Made by a program: the position numbers and the translations under genes
Shown: positions 52,646 through 52,984 of the stretch, piece by piece
Position numbering within the stretch: position 1 is the stretch's first letter
Layout of the letters: every line of letters starts with the position of its first letter
From: Candidatus Yonathbacteria bacterium
Lineage (GTDB): Bacteria; Patescibacteriota; Minisyncoccia; Phycocordibacterales; JACNGX01
NCBI GenBank assembly: GCA_013334825.1
Contig: JAAXWR010000002.1
Location: forward strand, 100,025-153,008
Direction: 5' to 3'
Length of the DNA: 52,984 bases
Notes under the pieces: model-generated
Told to the model about the DNA's origin: nothing
The model's database searches: none
Seen by the model: only the letters and a program-made list of their open reading frames with translations

Positions 52646-52984
52646 ATGTCTTACCAAATCGCACACAGAGGATGGTCACAAGATGACCCAGAAGAGAATA
52701 CGCGCGCGGCGTTTCGTCGTGCCGAAGAAGCAGGTGTACACGGTGTTGAGTTTGATGTTCGGTGGAGTGACGCACGCGCGGAGCCGGTCGTGTGCCATTA
52801 TCCGTGGCAAGAAAAAGACGCTGAATCACTTGATCAGGCGCTCGCATTTCTTTCTACGACAACGTTCTCCATTCTTCTTCTTGAACTCAAAGAATACCAT
52901 CCGTTTTTGTGGTCAGAAATCAAACGTCTGCTCTTGTATTATGGGATTATGGACAGAACGGTTATTTTTGCGTTTCCACGTATA
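52646..52984 (+). CDS. glycerophosphodiester phosphodiesterase family protein (3' end outside window)
   Basis: My own translation: MSYQIAHRGWSQDDPEENTRAAFRRAEEAGVHGVEFDVRW... contains the GDPD signature HRG-x-ENT-x-AF-x-A-x-G-x-E-DV. Open to the window end. Confidence 0.8.
   Translation, partial: MSYQIAHRGWSQDDPEENTRAAFRRAEEAGVHGVEFDVRWSDARAEPVVCHYPWQEKDAESLDQALAFLSTTTFSILLLELKEYHPFLWSEIKRLLLYYGIMDRTVIFAFPRI

Overview
The window is a compact bacterial chromosome segment with moderate to low GC. Short intergenic spacers and many small hypothetical genes suggest an uncultivated small-genome bacterium, possibly Patescibacteria/CPR-like; that placement is inference only. I call about 59 CDS and 5 tRNAs.

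Housekeeping genes: pyrG (5' partial), rsgA, znuABC-type metal uptake, rarA, pyk, hisS, lepB, pth, an FtsI/PBP2-type transpeptidase, mpg, lemA, htpX, and a 3' partial GDPD.

Accessory regions:
- A large-serine-recombinase island next to tRNA-Gln(CUG). It carries an Imm-type superinfection-immunity gene, a DUF2188 gene and an overlapping two-gene module of unknown function.
- A Gabija-like OLD(ATPase-Toprim) plus UvrD-helicase pair just distal to tRNA-Glu.
- An AT-rich single-gene insert in the 3' end of znuB, bracketed by a perfect 46-bp direct repeat.

Unexplained non-coding signals, the most unusual part of the window:
- A structured repeat family fused to copies of the local tRNA 3' end. 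It has an invariant GAATACNTGGA hairpin loop and fully covarying stems, and sits downstream of tRNA-Glu and tRNA-Asn. At tRNA-Asn it delimits integrase-less single-gene cassettes.
- Duplicated tRNA-Gln(UUG) genes bracketing one ORF, followed by a GC-rich multi-hairpin module.
- A pyrimidine-rich mosaic intergenic repeat family at five loci.
- Many -10 hexamers placed 6-7 nt from ATG start codons, implying leaderless mRNAs.

No rRNA, CRISPR array or transposase was seen. All family assignments come from motif recognition by eye and need HMM confirmation.
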